Assembly (NCBI GenBank): GCA_963769985.1
Contig: CAVYNR010000005.1
Coordinates: 313,133-377,132, forward strand
DNA: 64,000 nt
Reading direction: 5' to 3'
DNA from: an uncultured Actinomycetes bacterium
GTDB taxonomy: Bacteria; Actinomycetota; Acidimicrobiia; Acidimicrobiales; JACCXE01
Every line of letters begins with the position of its first letter. Position 1 is the first letter of the stretch. The position numbers and the translations under genes are program-made. The notes under the pieces were generated by a model, which worked only from the letters and a program-made list of their open reading frames with translations, searched no databases and had not been told where the DNA came from. Below are positions 63,387-64,000 of the stretch, in pieces.

Positions 63387-63884
63387 TCAATGCTCGCCGA
63401 ATTCTTTGCGCTTTCCAAACCCCGCGCAGTCGTCGTAGCCGCCGTCCGAGAAGCCGGCGGTCCACTCGAACACGTTCCAGGCTTGGGTGCCCGAGATTCG
63501 CCTCGACGCGAAGTAGCTGAGTGCGTACAGCGGGATGAACCTGACTGGGCCGAGCATCGCCCATTGCACGGAGTGGCGCCACTCATGTTCGAGCAACGCC
63601 GGCTTCTCTCGGAACGTGTCCTCGTAGCCGGTCTTGACGTTGATCGCGTTCCCCGTCGTGAACACGTTGGACAGGCCGCGGTCGCTCAGCCAACCGCCTT
63701 CGCAGATGATCGTGAGGTGCCGGTCACGGCGCACCTTGGCTCCGGTTGCGAGATTGGCGGCGGCCGTAACGACTGTGACGAACCCGTTGGCGACGGCCAC
63801 CACGAGATCAACGACCGTCTGACGAGACGCATTCCTGTTCGCAGTCACCGGCACCACCGTTAGCTTCGTTCCGTGCGCACCCAT
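63387..63884 (-). CDS. Hypothetical protein with an HExxHxxQ zincin-like motif
   Basis: ...NAINVKTGYEDTFREKPALLEHEWRHSVQW...; 165 aa. Confidence 0.4.
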   Translation of the reverse strand: MGAHGTKLTVVPVTANRNASRQTVVDLVVAVANGFVTVVTAAANLATGAKVRRDRHLTIICEGGWLSDRGLSNVFTTGNAINVKTGYEDTFREKPALLEHEWRHSVQWAMLGPVRFIPLYALSYFASRRISGTQAWNVFEWTAGFSDGGYDDCAGFGKRKEFGEH

Positions 63885-64000
63885 ACTGCTGCTTGCCAGG
63901 ACTCGCCGCGGGCCTGGTCGGTCGCCGCCGCCGGAGCGCTCGCATCGGGCACCTCGTTCGGGACGGCCTACACGTTCGGTGCGTTCTTCGACGCGATGAC
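63873..64000 (+). CDS. MFS transporter, N-terminal fragment (continues past the window end); start uncertain
   Basis: Own translation of the frame from 63873 gives ...SPRAWSVAAAGALASGTSFGTAYTFGAFFDAM, which resembles the TM1 region of OFA-type MFS transporters. Confidence 0.4.
   Translation, partial: MRTHTAACQDSPRAWSVAAAGALASGTSFGTAYTFGAFFDAM

Noticed and set aside
1-64000. CRISPR arrays, IS elements, integrases, reverse transcriptases, rRNA
   Set aside because: No regularly spaced direct repeats were found. No DDE, tyrosine/serine-recombinase or RT motifs appear in any ORF translation, and there is no rRNA-like sequence.

Overview
GC-rich window with an Actinobacteria-like gene content. 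This is inferred from F420/LLM-type and PPOX enzymes, a DinB/mycothiol-type transferase, WS/DGAT, and Cheo-type LexA, NrdR and IdeR-like boxes. I support about 65 protein-coding genes, two good tRNAs (Gly-GCC, Cys-GCA), one degenerate tRNA-Cys copy, three stem-loop terminators and several palindromic operator candidates.

Gene content by region:
- 0.4-7.2 kb: housekeeping genes (TetR, plsC, an ACT protein, glpK, nrdJ).
- 7.3-17.9 kb: a long minus-strand co-directional run from cspA back to a UvrD-like helicase. It includes two tandem paralogous secreted zinc metalloproteases of about 790 aa.
- 18-29 kb: an Rrf2 operon, an ABC-F protein, a heterodimeric ABC exporter pair, an MBL / serine hydrolase / MBL trio, and an LLM oxidoreductase.
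- 30-34 kb: orn, dut, fpg/nei, WS/DGAT, tRNA-Gly.
- 35.5-38.2 kb: a non-canonical FTR1/EfeU iron-permease operon.
- 38.2-39.5 kb: a DHp-only mini-protein coupled to a REC-HisKA-HATPase hybrid kinase.
- Then a DEAD-box helicase, an SGNH hydrolase, and TldD / TldE / DUF1353-membrane.
- 46.7-48.1 kb: two tRNA-Cys copies bracketing a Cys-rich InlB-B-repeat surface protein.
- Then a LAL (AAA+/LuxR) regulator, an ECF sigma with an LCP protein, and a NUDIX / unknown / PTP operon.
- 56-64 kb: an islet of small modifying or detoxifying enzymes.

I saw no CRISPR array, transposase, integrase or reverse transcriptase.

Major caveat: at least 13 otherwise well-conserved genes are broken by frameshifts. 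These cluster strongly at 0.4-7.2 kb and 31.4-33.7 kb, which looks more like local assembly or sequencing indels than gene decay. They are listed as pseudogenes 'as sequenced'.

Most interesting candidates:
- the EfeU / cupredoxin / TIGR03118 module;
- the DHp-only + REC-HK pair;
- one operator motif shared by two loci 27 kb apart;
- the tandem atypical metzincin-like proteases;
- the tRNA-Cys duplication around a Cys-rich repeat protein.
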